A stretch of 64,000 nt of DNA, from NCBI GenBank assembly GCA_000092065.1, contig CP000594.1; one strand, given 5' to 3'. The notes below the pieces were generated by a model, which worked only from the letters and a program-made list of their open reading frames with translations, searched no databases and was not told where the DNA came from. Below, in pieces: positions 21,101-29,873 of this stretch. The position numbers were made by a program, and so were the translations under genes. Positions within the stretch are counted from its first letter, which is position 1. The number at the start of each line of letters is the position of its first letter. The DNA comes from Ostreococcus lucimarinus. Its lineage: Eukaryota.

Positions 21101-24100
21101 TCATGTATATCAAGTCGACTGGTGCGACGTGGGCGATGCCGACGAATGGTTGGTCCGGTAACTTGGTGTACAACGCCACCCTTCGCGGTGACCCGAAACG
21201 CAATACCCAGGCAATCGGCTGTCCGCACGGCGGATGGGTAACATTTAACGATATCCTCATTAGTGGCTATCAAAGTAGGTTGCCCCCAATACACCACTGC
21301 GCTGTGTGTCCGGGTTTCAAAGGCGGCATGGAAGTTCGTTTCATGAATATGAAATTCGTCGACAGTGATACAAGGCGGCTCCGCGGTGGTTCAACATCTC
21401 GACCGCGCGTATTCTGGAACGGGTACAACTCCAACCTTTTGCTCGACGTGGATGGGACCCTGAGTGGATCGCCAGGTCCACGATGGGCGCATTCAGTCAA
21501 GGGCGCCAGTGATGATCCCAGGAACCGGCCGACGGGTCATTTTCCGCCAGAACACTGCACCCTCAATGATCACATCGGAGGTGTTGTTTGCGACGCCAAC
21601 ACTGTGTCGTTGCGAGAGGTGCAGTGGCGCCGTATCAAGCCCATGACCCTTATACCCATGGCGATGCAGACAGCACCTGATCAAAATGCAGGGCAAGTGA
21701 ACTTTTATCATTACGACCATATCGAGCGACGTTTCAATTGGCGTACGACATTGGTTATGGTTAAAAGTCCGAACGCGAAGCCATACATCCATAACTTTAC
21801 GTTTAAGTTTAAAACATGGCAAATTGATGACCCGGACGCTTGGTACATGGAGGTCCGTGAGCTTCAGCCCAATGAATGGGCTATAATGCGATTCCCCACA
21901 CTCCGCAATCCGTGGCGTTGGAACTTGAATTCAAGAATACCGACGGTCACATTGAATAACTACAATCAAAGTGATTATAGTTTCAATGAGAGCAAGGCCA
22001 TCACCACCACGAGCAACGAATGGCTGAGTTGGAAAAATCACAAGTTCGGCGACCACACATACCTACCCGTTGTGGAGACAAGGGATGTTAATGTAAAGCC
22101 AGATCCAGGGCTGCTCGATATCATGATATCTGGCAAGCGCGAACAAGGATGGACACAATCGTACGCCCTCGGTGCCAACTATGATGGCGCGCGTGAAGAT
22201 ATGCCCGTCTGCACCACTTCATGCGGAAGCTCGGCAAAGTCAACATGTGGCATGAAACGCTACAACTGCAGACCGGGCGACAAGAAACGATGTTTGCCGA
22301 TGGAAAAGCCTGCAAACTGCTTCGACAATCGACCTATACCCGAGGTAGATCCCGAGCCTAAAACTTTTTCCTGGTGCGACTCAAACGAAGTTTGGTCTCC
22401 GCCGGCATTCGGGGATGACGTCATGATCAAGGCTGGTTGGACGGTCATCTTAGATGAAACCTGTCTGGTGACCAACATAACTAGACACGTGGATTTATAT
22501 GGGTCCCTGTTGCTTCGTGATCCAGGCGCTGGTAAAACCATCAAGTTCCGAGCGCAGACCATCCACGTCGCGGCTGGGATTGGATACCTCGAAGCTGGTG
22601 ACCAGGATGATCCGATATCGAATGGCGACGTTCGTATCGAGCTTTATGGGAACAGATTTTCTAACGCTCGAATGGGCTACGGTATGGAGACAAAGTACAT
22701 CGCCGTTCTCGGACACCTCAGCCTCGTCGGAAAGGCGAGCGTGGAGCAAACGTGGTCGACGCTTAGAAGCGATGCGCCCGCGGGAAGCAGTACAATTGAA
22801 ACGACAGCCTGTGGCGGTTGGAATACTGGCGACACGCTCATGATTGGTGGCGCTATGCACAATTGGACCGGGATCAAGCATGCTTGGTTTTTGAGCGCGG
22901 AGCGCTGTGATATTTCCTCCATAGCAGTTGCGAGCGAAGGTTGCGTCATACGGTGTACTTCCAGCTTCAACTACACGCACTCAGGCCCGGCCCAAAAGCA
23001 CGAGGTCAGTTTTGGTGGAATGCCAGTGACTCTCATGCATAGGCGCTCTCCAGGTGGGCGCGTGCAGGTAGTTGGCATGGAAGACAAAAACAAGGCACTG
23101 GCAGAGCAGCACTATGGTGCTGTTATTACTATCCTGAAACCGAAAAAGAAAGGCTATGACGCAAAATTGGCTAAGAGATTCAAGATAGAACTCAAGACGC
23201 CCGAGCGCATGCAAGCGGCAACTGAAAGCATGAAACATGATCCCCCGCCTGAATGCCACCGCAGACAAGGTTCGGCTGTGATCGTCAATGTCAACTTTGC
23301 GCATTGCGGTCAGCGGCACTCTAGTCGCGCGTGTGTTTCTTTTGCCGCCGGTATTGGCGCTGAGTATCGAGCTACGTTCGCAGAAACGACATCGATGGCA
23401 CTCGTTGCGAACAACACATTTGCGGACGCCTACAATTTTGCCGTGAGCGCAGCAGGAGATGGAATTATTATAGAGAATAACGCCATCGCACAAACCTATC
23501 ACGGTGGATTCGAGGTCTCTGGTGCGAACAACACAATGTCTAATAACGCAGCTGTTCGATTATTCGACGATGTTAGTGATTACTTTCACGACATTGGGTC
23601 GGTTGGTTTCAAGTTGTCGGGATCAGGGAAATGGTATACTAACGTCGTCGCCTCCGTGCAGTACACTGGGTTTAAAATTCCTGGATATCCGTGCGAAATG
23701 ATGACTCCAGACGTGGAGGATGAGGGTTTAGACGTTCGCGCTGTGACCACCGTTCCCGCCGAACCTACAATGCGTGACCTTCGCGCGTATGGTGGCATGG
23801 TAGGCGTGAATCTGCGGGGCGGGCGTACTCGGATGGTCACACGTGAACCGGTGGAGGCCTACGCGCCGCTCGAGTGTCGCCAATGGAGCGACTTCGAGAT
23901 TCGTTCAATGGTTTGGTACGGCGTAACCACGTTTGGTCAGGGAAAAACGTCTATTGTGTTGAAAAACTTTAATATTTGGGACACCGGACTTGGTTTCGCG
24001 CTGTGGATGGTCAACGGTGGCTCAGCCGCAGGTTCGAGCAGCGAGCGAGGGCATTTCGCAGAAATCAGTGACACGACGATAATCGGTTCTGCAAGTCGAT

Positions 24101-26946
24101 GTAGAAACGACGGCATTGGGTTTCCCGCGTTTTACTTAACGGCAGAACCGTACCGGCCGGATCAAGGAGTGAAAACGCCATCGCGCTTTGGTGGAACGAC
24201 GCTAAGAAACATAAGGTTTCGCGATTTCGGCGCATGTGAAAAGAAAGGCGTTCGTCAAGTTCGTCAAAAGAATTACGCATTGGTGAACGCCATGAACCGT
24301 GGGCGATACGCGTGGGTTTACTACGACAACGCGAACCCCGTGCGATCTTCTGGCTTGAGCTTTAAGGGTGTACCATTCGAAAACAGGTTACTCATGATCC
24401 ATCCAAGCTGGGGTCGAATAGGCAATGGGAAATGGGGCTGTGCCCAAATGTACTGCGACGGACATCGCAACACGTTTGTGATGGATGAGGACGGTTCGCT
24501 GCTCGGTGATAACGCCGCATTCGGGACCATCTTGCCCGAAAACGAGATTGGTTGGTTCAAGAAACTGGCCTATATCGATCCGCTCAGCCGTGACATTCTT
24601 GAAGATTTGGTTCCATTCACACACCAGTGGCTGCCCAACGGTACCAAACTGACGCCCATGCGAGGGAAGCTCTACGACGAGCCAGGCCATCTCAAAATGG
24701 GCTGTCGAAAGGAGGCTTCATGGCAGGCGTGGCTCTGTCCCGAACACAGGCACAGGCAAATAATCCACGAAAGTTTGGACGGCGATCACACGAAGAGGCG
24801 CATCTCCCCAACTTCTGTTCTCACAGAGCTACCATCTCAGAGCAAGCGTTTCATGTCTCTGTACACTGGGCCTGCGAAATACGGAGGAAACTGGGCAGGT
24901 AAAATAACCAGACATAACACACTCTGGATTACCGGCCATGTCGGCGCGACGCACACGATCCACCACTCGAGCACGAATCCATCCATTTCGCGCGTAACAT
25001 TTGCCGATGCCACGGAGGATGAGGCCGTGCATGTCAAGCTTTATTACGGCGTACCAAATCGTGTCGACGTTTACGTCGATGGAAGGTACGTCCCACCGCT
25101 TGCGAACATCACTTGGGATCAGCCGGACGTTCCTGATATCAGTAGCTCGGGCAGTCTTGAGACTATGCCACACGGCGCGAACTTTTACAATCGTCTGAAC
25201 GGTTATCTCGAATTCGTGCTGAGAGGCCCTAAAGAAGTGCAAATTCGCGTCTCGAACATCGTCGTACTCAGCGCTACCGTCACAGTCACCGAGGACACAT
25301 TCTTCGTGCCGGGAATAAAAGCACTGGTGAACAACATTCGTCTCTTGCTTAACATTCCGGAGGAACGAATCGCAGTCGCGGGAGTTGGCGATTTCAAGCT
25401 AGCGAAACAAATCGCAAAAACTGAAGCATCCTCCCTTGGGTCATCTGGAGACAGTACTGAGCACGTCATCGAATTGCTCATAGAGGAGGCAACTACAACA
25501 CAGCTCAGTTCGAGCGAGGAAGACGTCGAAGACGTAGATCCGGTCGCAGAGGCAAACGCGTACTCGAACTCTAGTTCTGAGCTTACTTCGCTGGCTCGGC
25601 GTGTGCAGCAAAACGCTAAAAATTTGACGTTGGGAACTGCTCTGGGGTTGGCAAATTCAACATTACCAGTTGAAAAGTCACCTATTGACATGGTGGCGGG
25701 CTGGACGTGTGAAACCAGAATGTATAACGATGGCACTTGCGATTGTGATTGTGGCGCGTGGGATCCTGATTGTGACGGTGGGCAGACTATCTTGCGAGGC
25801 TGCCCATCGCACGCGGAGATCAACAGCACCGGTACCCCATTTGAATTCGCAAATAGTGTACGGGCATACTGCGTTAACAATTCAGACGTCGTGACGTGTA
25901 GTTTAGCAGTGCCTCCTGATGACCTCTGCAACGAGTGGCCATGCCTGGATAGTGATCCGTCTGATGTTCTCGTCTCTTACTTACAACGGGCCTCTAGTAA
26001 TGAGTTAAAATGCGTCAAGCGGCAGAGTTCGCCACATGCAATGCATACGGGAGAGTGTGCTTTAAGCATGTTGGACGAGCGTGGCGACACCCTTGAACCG
26101 ATTCTGAGCTGGAACTCCACAGATTTGCCTGCTTCACCACAACCACAAACGTCATCTTCGGTACCGTCTTCACCGCGTCCGGATGTCCCCGCACCAGTAC
26201 CGTCTTCATCGCGTCCGGATGTACCCGCACCAGTACCGTCTTCGCTGCGTCCAGATGTACCCGCACCGGTACCGTCTTCGCCGCGTCCGGATGTACCCGC
26301 ACCGGTACCGTCTTCGCCGCGTCCGGATGTACCCGCACCGGTACCGTCTTCGCCGCGTCCGGATGCTCCGCATCGAGGCCCCTCACGAGAGTCAGCACAA
26401 GCGCGACGAGACCGCCGTCGTGACGACCGCGCGCGTCAAAGACGAAGCATTAGAAGGCTTCAAAGACAAATCGCTAGAAGATTTTCTGTCTCACAGGAAG
26501 ACTTGAGAAATGCGACAACATTGAGCTCGATTGTTGAGCTTGCGCAGGCTGAGGTGCAAGAAGCCCAACGCTCCGTACCAACACTACAGACGAAATATGA
26601 GTCGGCGAAGGCTCTGTACAAAGGGAACAGAACTACTACAAATAAAGCGGCGCGCCGCCAGGCAAAGATAAATTTGCGCGTTGGAAGAAAACAACTGAGG
26701 CGCGCGAACAAGAAGCTTGAATTACTTGAAGAACTCAGCAGGGCACTCACCACACCGGAACAAGGCGGCGCTTTTGCCCTTGGTATCGGTAACCCACGCG
26801 GACGAGAAAATTCGATGCTCGTCGTCGCTGTCGCGATGGGCGCGTGCGCCATGGCCTCCCTCGCCGTGCGATCTCACCGCAGAGCGAACAAACGACTTTA
26901 CGTGGATGAATCCACGGCACTCTTGAGGAATCGTAGGCGTTTTTGA
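15112..26946 (+). CDS. Giant (~3,944 aa) intron-less type-I membrane protein with a fibrocystin/PKHD1L1/CEMIP/TMEM2-like architecture. It has an N-terminal signal-anchor, two G8 domains, parallel beta-helix (PbH1) repeats, (PSSPRPDVPAPV)x6 Pro-rich repeats, a basic coiled-coil, a C-terminal TM and a short tail.
   Basis: The track ORF starts at TTG 15070 and the first ATG is at 15112 (MTSATPKRRRARRFLYAFGGPTLLFNL…). G8-1: WGPRGVPDQNSTDMLFIPAGFNLTLDVADTYFRVWVIEGHLNFQRG…IVINGDDAHFSIGSETRPFEDQANIIMHG (DNA ~19.58 kb). G8-2: WSPPAFGDDVMIKAGWTVILDETCLVTNITRHVDLYGSLLLRD…VRIELYG (DNA ~22.39 kb). Beta-helix: NNVAYNILGHGMFVEDGVEMWNLFKDNVV. TM MLVVAVAMGACAMASLAV near the C-terminus. The ORF is uninterrupted for 11.9 kb. 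Confidence 0.7.
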   Translation: MTSATPKRRRARRFLYAFGGPTLLFNLMRVFAMSGLVATITMSTAAGAAHGGGASMDEGPAQMHYMPDRFRSLAGGGWLTISSRDVHKSLMPMPGMRGGGEGANESAVSGSAMKDEVKIDLAHGDPDGERSCDLVHYKSSSNELVCSPRAVDCCLDGLTAQELASVSDGCPSVRPELNVEVNGQRLTWGSAGRNGRDTLTDESLKVSHGQTPTIVAVEPAEVRPGELITVYGRTCFGDVWKKDEDDGSSLRDDPDALRDLFSVEASAREDPRQEIGLEKSLYKVLIGDLPCEVRDPLTNRYYRSERGDGPYTAHRQTECGPVNGWFQCRVPQDIDSGLHLLHYETYTRGNAVILSEALRWNASDASKGYVLSVVDDKSEDEDPPRVYNITQLSKDESKQRLLVEGASLDAPNIVVELDGERCGGKKVVSRSGIEVECSGSAGASSQYHYGPPAWLREDWVFKDKNNKFVGGKAWSNALHVLKQRGERYNPLADEVMDALSSALATNGIVRGYKIEKVQQYLTSPSVGSPYVEATSGMKAAHAGLIRHRRIRNAVFERVSGVITAKANGRMRVAIANAAGNNMVLRVRHVSDNLNVFKPWLLVSKFCGTRYSRQNIYRYGFSQWFSVRGNEKYYMEFLMNLDPRYLHNFGGFDVKMEFSYDAGNPAGSIGQLTHTTTPHVPKRAHGGDYVVRFSGASKTAIRFAHNATSSRSNFEWKLFSGGKTIEFNTKNWLHAREHVRKVRDALRWANCTALPEDSKMWDADSTHSSHPFDVENRWLMVRDTQTFKEPTTDWNFIWQRRMGGFRGASIDWSTSYCSTHSQKFDLSSLPPGRVITPSSHFDVPASSRATTNKFLNFAYKVTPGTRATLLLRLKYRSGNRDISTTCAVLLTHEQATGNVKNFDHPACVDLRSVFKDDGEWHFISFDWRTALAGGEYAPSYLGEAMFPHKVQVQLDGIGVGAQRFLGKCPNKQRLAEMYVGDEGSELRGYLWLDSVSVTQERYSPQRVETPSAQLGGMQEGVHAITDIEYSVISRSDGSKCKSLSDCDIIVSLRQVKRCIDAQSRGDFNISPMVMSQTSPNPQPATVSCGRHYAANCSTCPWKVSAEGVRGRWMGWKYCNGACEWRWHGRINAGGTCVSKPAPTPPAITVTDRTSSTRGTVTAQITGGTMTQFSTSANSSEVQDALRHVLGAHDGGFVVSPSMDLFDACGVSAHRMRVAHASDLESIQARYKEVVNGVPLGMLPKSSRGRTAENDAGLLNITVNVSGGLAEIVATDESSDFIGMVPLDTRTDLDVRALIRGGDAVLATAVVTDGDTVVPCSVSPDRMSATGFKQVPNGQAFVGDASCHIIVPHEEVASDATVHAPTELNQDGFPSLGESVSQSSPTDQKRRRDVETIRRRSMSNSLKFPGHDTWAKRDLSMSRSDLGRLTVTVVGFGARVHNGAAHRRAANHARKLLKTELVAKDAGQGSLNNTKSKYEFPAGAGRFSDPSTWGPRGVPDQNSTDMLFIPAGFNLTLDVADTYFRVWVIEGHLNFQRGMNITMQAEMIVINGDDAHFSIGSETRPFEDQANIIMHGHWRSLGLPKYGVKCISLTSGRLTFYGQHVTPWMELATTASANANVISVRSKEGKTPDLAGWKPGASIVVTSTSYGDRRCRQNRTDDCQPEERVIESVTPRGNFADITLDRPLKYEHLGESVNVAGSPRGATIERRAEVMLLTRNINVRGTTEHNGYKLVGFGAHTMMMSGQMVLKNVEFGPNVGQAFQLGRYAIHYHTPNEKMFKYGLTASNDPRMQGADQRLSRVEGVSVHQSNNRAIAVHGCYRLNIINNVAYNILGHGMFVEDGVEMWNLFKDNVVSLVHRSFSLLNTDQTPAAFWISNANNFFIGNRVSSSNHHGYWFDPPGGPTGPSSRTLTGPLEIQKLSTRKVPLGQFENNRAHSNGHSGLWIDQINTVLQQGGRLRMYMVGTHVWNNGINGFGMITGVGHLQIVNTFAMGNGIDIMYIKSTGATWAMPTNGWSGNLVYNATLRGDPKRNTQAIGCPHGGWVTFNDILISGYQSRLPPIHHCAVCPGFKGGMEVRFMNMKFVDSDTRRLRGGSTSRPRVFWNGYNSNLLLDVDGTLSGSPGPRWAHSVKGASDDPRNRPTGHFPPEHCTLNDHIGGVVCDANTVSLREVQWRRIKPMTLIPMAMQTAPDQNAGQVNFYHYDHIERRFNWRTTLVMVKSPNAKPYIHNFTFKFKTWQIDDPDAWYMEVRELQPNEWAIMRFPTLRNPWRWNLNSRIPTVTLNNYNQSDYSFNESKAITTTSNEWLSWKNHKFGDHTYLPVVETRDVNVKPDPGLLDIMISGKREQGWTQSYALGANYDGAREDMPVCTTSCGSSAKSTCGMKRYNCRPGDKKRCLPMEKPANCFDNRPIPEVDPEPKTFSWCDSNEVWSPPAFGDDVMIKAGWTVILDETCLVTNITRHVDLYGSLLLRDPGAGKTIKFRAQTIHVAAGIGYLEAGDQDDPISNGDVRIELYGNRFSNARMGYGMETKYIAVLGHLSLVGKASVEQTWSTLRSDAPAGSSTIETTACGGWNTGDTLMIGGAMHNWTGIKHAWFLSAERCDISSIAVASEGCVIRCTSSFNYTHSGPAQKHEVSFGGMPVTLMHRRSPGGRVQVVGMEDKNKALAEQHYGAVITILKPKKKGYDAKLAKRFKIELKTPERMQAATESMKHDPPPECHRRQGSAVIVNVNFAHCGQRHSSRACVSFAAGIGAEYRATFAETTSMALVANNTFADAYNFAVSAAGDGIIIENNAIAQTYHGGFEVSGANNTMSNNAAVRLFDDVSDYFHDIGSVGFKLSGSGKWYTNVVASVQYTGFKIPGYPCEMMTPDVEDEGLDVRAVTTVPAEPTMRDLRAYGGMVGVNLRGGRTRMVTREPVEAYAPLECRQWSDFEIRSMVWYGVTTFGQGKTSIVLKNFNIWDTGLGFALWMVNGGSAAGSSSERGHFAEISDTTIIGSASRCRNDGIGFPAFYLTAEPYRPDQGVKTPSRFGGTTLRNIRFRDFGACEKKGVRQVRQKNYALVNAMNRGRYAWVYYDNANPVRSSGLSFKGVPFENRLLMIHPSWGRIGNGKWGCAQMYCDGHRNTFVMDEDGSLLGDNAAFGTILPENEIGWFKKLAYIDPLSRDILEDLVPFTHQWLPNGTKLTPMRGKLYDEPGHLKMGCRKEASWQAWLCPEHRHRQIIHESLDGDHTKRRISPTSVLTELPSQSKRFMSLYTGPAKYGGNWAGKITRHNTLWITGHVGATHTIHHSSTNPSISRVTFADATEDEAVHVKLYYGVPNRVDVYVDGRYVPPLANITWDQPDVPDISSSGSLETMPHGANFYNRLNGYLEFVLRGPKEVQIRVSNIVVLSATVTVTEDTFFVPGIKALVNNIRLLLNIPEERIAVAGVGDFKLAKQIAKTEASSLGSSGDSTEHVIELLIEEATTTQLSSSEEDVEDVDPVAEANAYSNSSSELTSLARRVQQNAKNLTLGTALGLANSTLPVEKSPIDMVAGWTCETRMYNDGTCDCDCGAWDPDCDGGQTILRGCPSHAEINSTGTPFEFANSVRAYCVNNSDVVTCSLAVPPDDLCNEWPCLDSDPSDVLVSYLQRASSNELKCVKRQSSPHAMHTGECALSMLDERGDTLEPILSWNSTDLPASPQPQTSSSVPSSPRPDVPAPVPSSSRPDVPAPVPSSLRPDVPAPVPSSPRPDVPAPVPSSPRPDVPAPVPSSPRPDAPHRGPSRESAQARRDRRRDDRARQRRSIRRLQRQIARRFSVSQEDLRNATTLSSIVELAQAEVQEAQRSVPTLQTKYESAKALYKGNRTTTNKAARRQAKINLRVGRKQLRRANKKLELLEELSRALTTPEQGGAFALGIGNPRGRENSMLVVAVAMGACAMASLAVRSHRRANKRLYVDESTALLRNRRRF
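26150..26350 (+). repeat. 60-bp x ~3.5 near-perfect tandem coding repeat (PSSPRPDVPAPV units) inside the G8 giant gene
   Basis: Repeated gtaccgtcttcgccgcgtccggatgtacccgcaccg… units read directly. Antisense ORFs 26015..26398 and 26183..26506 are repeat artefacts. Confidence 0.8.
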
Positions 26947-27234
26947 ACAGTACAATTTTGTCATACCTACAGTCGCAAGCAAAAACGCCACATTCAAATT
27001 TGGGCGTCCCGCTTAAGATTTCGGTACCCTCGCTTAAGATTTCTTCAGAATGGAATCTCTGAACGCAAGGCGTGAAATCACTTAGCCATCCTGCCCGAGT
27101 CTGACGAAAGTAGCAAAGTAGCACTTTTTGCACGCCTCCCAAAGGTGGCCCCTGGGGAAATTATTTATTTTGTGGAGTGGTGAAAAATAAAAATTCCCAC
27201 TGGATACCTTCTGGGACACTGCTTTTTTGCTACT

Positions 27235-27530
27235 TTTGCTACTTTTTCGACGAGATCGGGGTACTGCAAAGCACACGGCGAAGACGGGTGGCCGATGATC
27301 CGTGTGCGCGTGTCGCCTTTGATGGGTCGCTCCCGTTCATGACTCAAGAGTTGTCGCGCGACCTCGCGCGTGCACGAGGGTGCCACGTTTTAGGTACCAG
27401 AGGTGCCCATTTCTTCGTGGTAAGATGGTCCCTCGTGTATCACGCCGCTCCCCTTTAAGCATGAAAAGTTGTGTCCAATATATTGCGCGCGATGTCCGAT
27501 GGTACATCATACAATATCATAGTTAAGCCA
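27235..27530 (-). repeat. Inverted fragment (~300 bp) of the 5'/promoter region of the primase-helicase element, with no ORF attached
   Basis: The reverse complement of 27240-27530 aligns to 33660-33955 (upstream of primase copy A). 27235-27290 also matches 50500-50560. Confidence 0.7.
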
Positions 27531-27544
27531 CACTTATCATACGA

Positions 27545-27700
27545 CGGTGGCGGTCCACCTGTCGGTCGTCACAGAAAAGTTGCGTCTGAGACTGAGGATG
27601 TGTGTTGCTCATGTGTCTTATATATACCTCATACATACATATATTAACATTTACAACGATATGTATGGGGTGCCCAGCCCATCCGCGCGGCGTGGCTTCT
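27545..27700. repeat. ~160-bp repeat, second copy at 28450-28620. Both end in the ggtgcccagcccatccgcgcgg motif. 27665-27875 additionally forms an inverted-repeat pair (gggtgcccagcc … ggctgggcaccc) around 170 bp of AT-rich DNA. A 46-bp x2 tandem lies at 28030-28120.
   Basis: Direct comparison. Confidence 0.65.
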
Positions 27701-28644
27701 GCCGGTTTTTGCCATTCGAACCATGAGAAACTACAACTCTATAATAACTTAAACTTAAAATTTTTTTAAGTTTAAGTACCTACACGTTAGTAATTTTGAA
27801 AATTTTTGTGACCCGTGACTCCCAAGCAAAAAGTCGCGCGTTGCTCCAGTGGCTGGGCACCCAAACATGGACCCAGACTCATGAATCATGAACCGTGAAT
27901 AGCCGAGTCCCAGGATTGACGAATCATGACTCGTATCAATCCGCCGCTCCCGAATGCGTGTGCCCCGTGTGACGAAATCGTCTCCGGGATCCGGAGGAAA
28001 AAACCTCCAGGAGGAAAACCTAAAGCGCGCGATCGACGTCTCCGAACGTCAAAGCCCGCCGCCTCCCTCCGCGCGCGATCGACGTCTCCGAACGTCAAAG
28101 CCCGCCGCCTCCCTCTGCGCGTGCTCGCGCGCCCGAGGAACGGTCAGCGTTTCCGCTCCGGCGTCCAGTAGGAGTTCCCGTGAAACGGACCAAAAGGAGG
28201 CTTTGTTGCGTGTTTGCCAGTTTTCGAGGACGTTGGAGTGAGAGGGCGCTTGCCGAGATGCCCTCCATCTTGATCTCGCGCGAAAACTGTTTCATGTTCC
28301 GCCGGGCCATCGTCGCCGATCGCGTCGCCGTGCATACTGTCCACGGGCTTAAAAAGGTCGCGGAGGTCAACGTTATCACTCATGGTCATTTTTTGACGTT
28401 TTGTTTCTGTCGCGCCCGACATCTTGCGTCGGAGTGGGTCAATGGCGACGGCGGCGGCGGCCCACCTGTCGGTGTTTACGGAAAAGTTGCGGCTCGAAAT
28501 GAGGATGGCGTGGCCCATGTTTCTTATAGATACCTCATGAATACATATATTACAAGTTATAATGCTATTAATATATAATTGATTGGATGGGTGCCCAGCC
28601 CATCCGCGCGGGCTGTATCTAGCTAGCTATGTATGTGCGACGGA

Positions 28645-29145
28645 TTAAAAACAGCACCAAATATTTTTTAAACAGCACCAACATTTTTTATAGTCGGTTT
28701 CATCGGTTTCCTCGATGGTCGAGCCTAGTTCCAGTTCACCGAGGAGCTGCTCGTCTTCTTCATGCAACCACGGTTCGTCCGCGCGTCCAGGCACAACGTT
28801 CGGACACTGGTTCACAAAATGGCCCAACTGACCACACCTGAAGCATCGATCACCCGCACCTCGCATCATGAGTTCGATAATCTCGAGGTGCGATCTCGGG
28901 AGAACGATCTGACTGAACGTCCCACCGCGTACGTTCTCAACGCCGTGTTCGGCCATGAGTCGTAACACGTGCTTGTCCTCGTCAAATGGTCCACATTCCT
29001 CGATGAACAGTCGACGGTACGGTTTGTATTTTTTCGTCCACGCGGCACCCATGCCGCGAAAATGGTCGTCGATCCTCGACCTGTTGTCGCACCGCCCCAC
29101 GTAGTATTTGCCCTGCGCACACGCGAGGCCGTATATCAGTGACAT
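28645..29145 (-). CDS. GIY-YIG nuclease domain protein with a CCHC zinc knuckle and a Cys-rich C-terminal tail
   Basis: ATG confirmed. GIY-YIG: LIYGLACAQGKYYVGRCDNRSRIDDHFRG. Knuckle CFRCGQLGHFVNQC (CX2CX4HX4C). C-terminus KKCWCCLKNIWCCF. Confidence 0.5.
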   Translation of the reverse strand: MSLIYGLACAQGKYYVGRCDNRSRIDDHFRGMGAAWTKKYKPYRRLFIEECGPFDEDKHVLRLMAEHGVENVRGGTFSQIVLPRSHLEIIELMMRGAGDRCFRCGQLGHFVNQCPNVVPGRADEPWLHEEDEQLLGELELGSTIEETDETDYKKCWCCLKNIWCCF

Positions 29146-29873
29146 GATCCATGTGGTCTAGTGCCCCCGGGCCGTCGTCGCGCGCGCCGCGGTGTGCGGG
29201 GGCACGCAGACCAGCGGCGGCGGTCGAGTCGCAGATGCGTCCATCACTGACGTCGAACGAGAATCGGGATCACCCGTGGGTCCGTTGGCGCCCCGCGGGT
29301 GTGTGTGTCAGCCCTCAGGATAACCAGCCGCGCGAGGATCAAATCAAACATGGACCCGAACTCGCGGGTGTCGACACGGTCGGTCGGACATATGGAGCCT
29401 CACAATTTGGCCGTATGACCACATATATTAATTTATGTATGGCTATCATCCCGTGCTATCCCGGGGGTAAATTACAGTACAGTAATCTATACCCGGGATA
29501 GCGCGGGCTGAATAGAATAAATCCAGTAATATACGTTGTTTTTTGGTGTTGCACATTTTTTTAGTGTTACACCGCGCGTGCAAGCGACACTTCGTCCCGC
29601 GGTGGCGGAAGTTCTGTCATCTATAGAAAGCGATCTTCACCATTGATCAGTTCGATTAGCTCTGTTCTTTGAGCGTACTCATTATTCTTGGATCACTTAA
29701 ATAATCTTAAGCGGTGACAGAAAAAACAAAATTTTGGTGATTTTGGTGATAATCCGACCGACCGAACAACACGCGCGCTCGAACGAACGTCGAGTGTTAC
29801 GCCATCATTCGTCCGCGCTCTTGCACGTGAACTCGAGGCACCGACGAAAGAAAAATCACCACATAATCGCCCG

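Noticed and set aside
26015-26506. ORFs 26015..26398 (-) and 26183..26506 (+) with striking peptide periodicity
   Set aside because: Artefacts of the 60-bp PSSPRPDVPAPV coding repeat of the giant plus-strand gene.
27165-27458. ORFs 27165..27386 (-), 27177..27458 (+) and 33517..33957 (+) sharing LLSHERERPIKGDTRT…PDLVEKVAK
   Set aside because: They lie entirely within the non-coding 5' region of the primase element (inverted copies). The similarity reflects repeat DNA, not a conserved gene.
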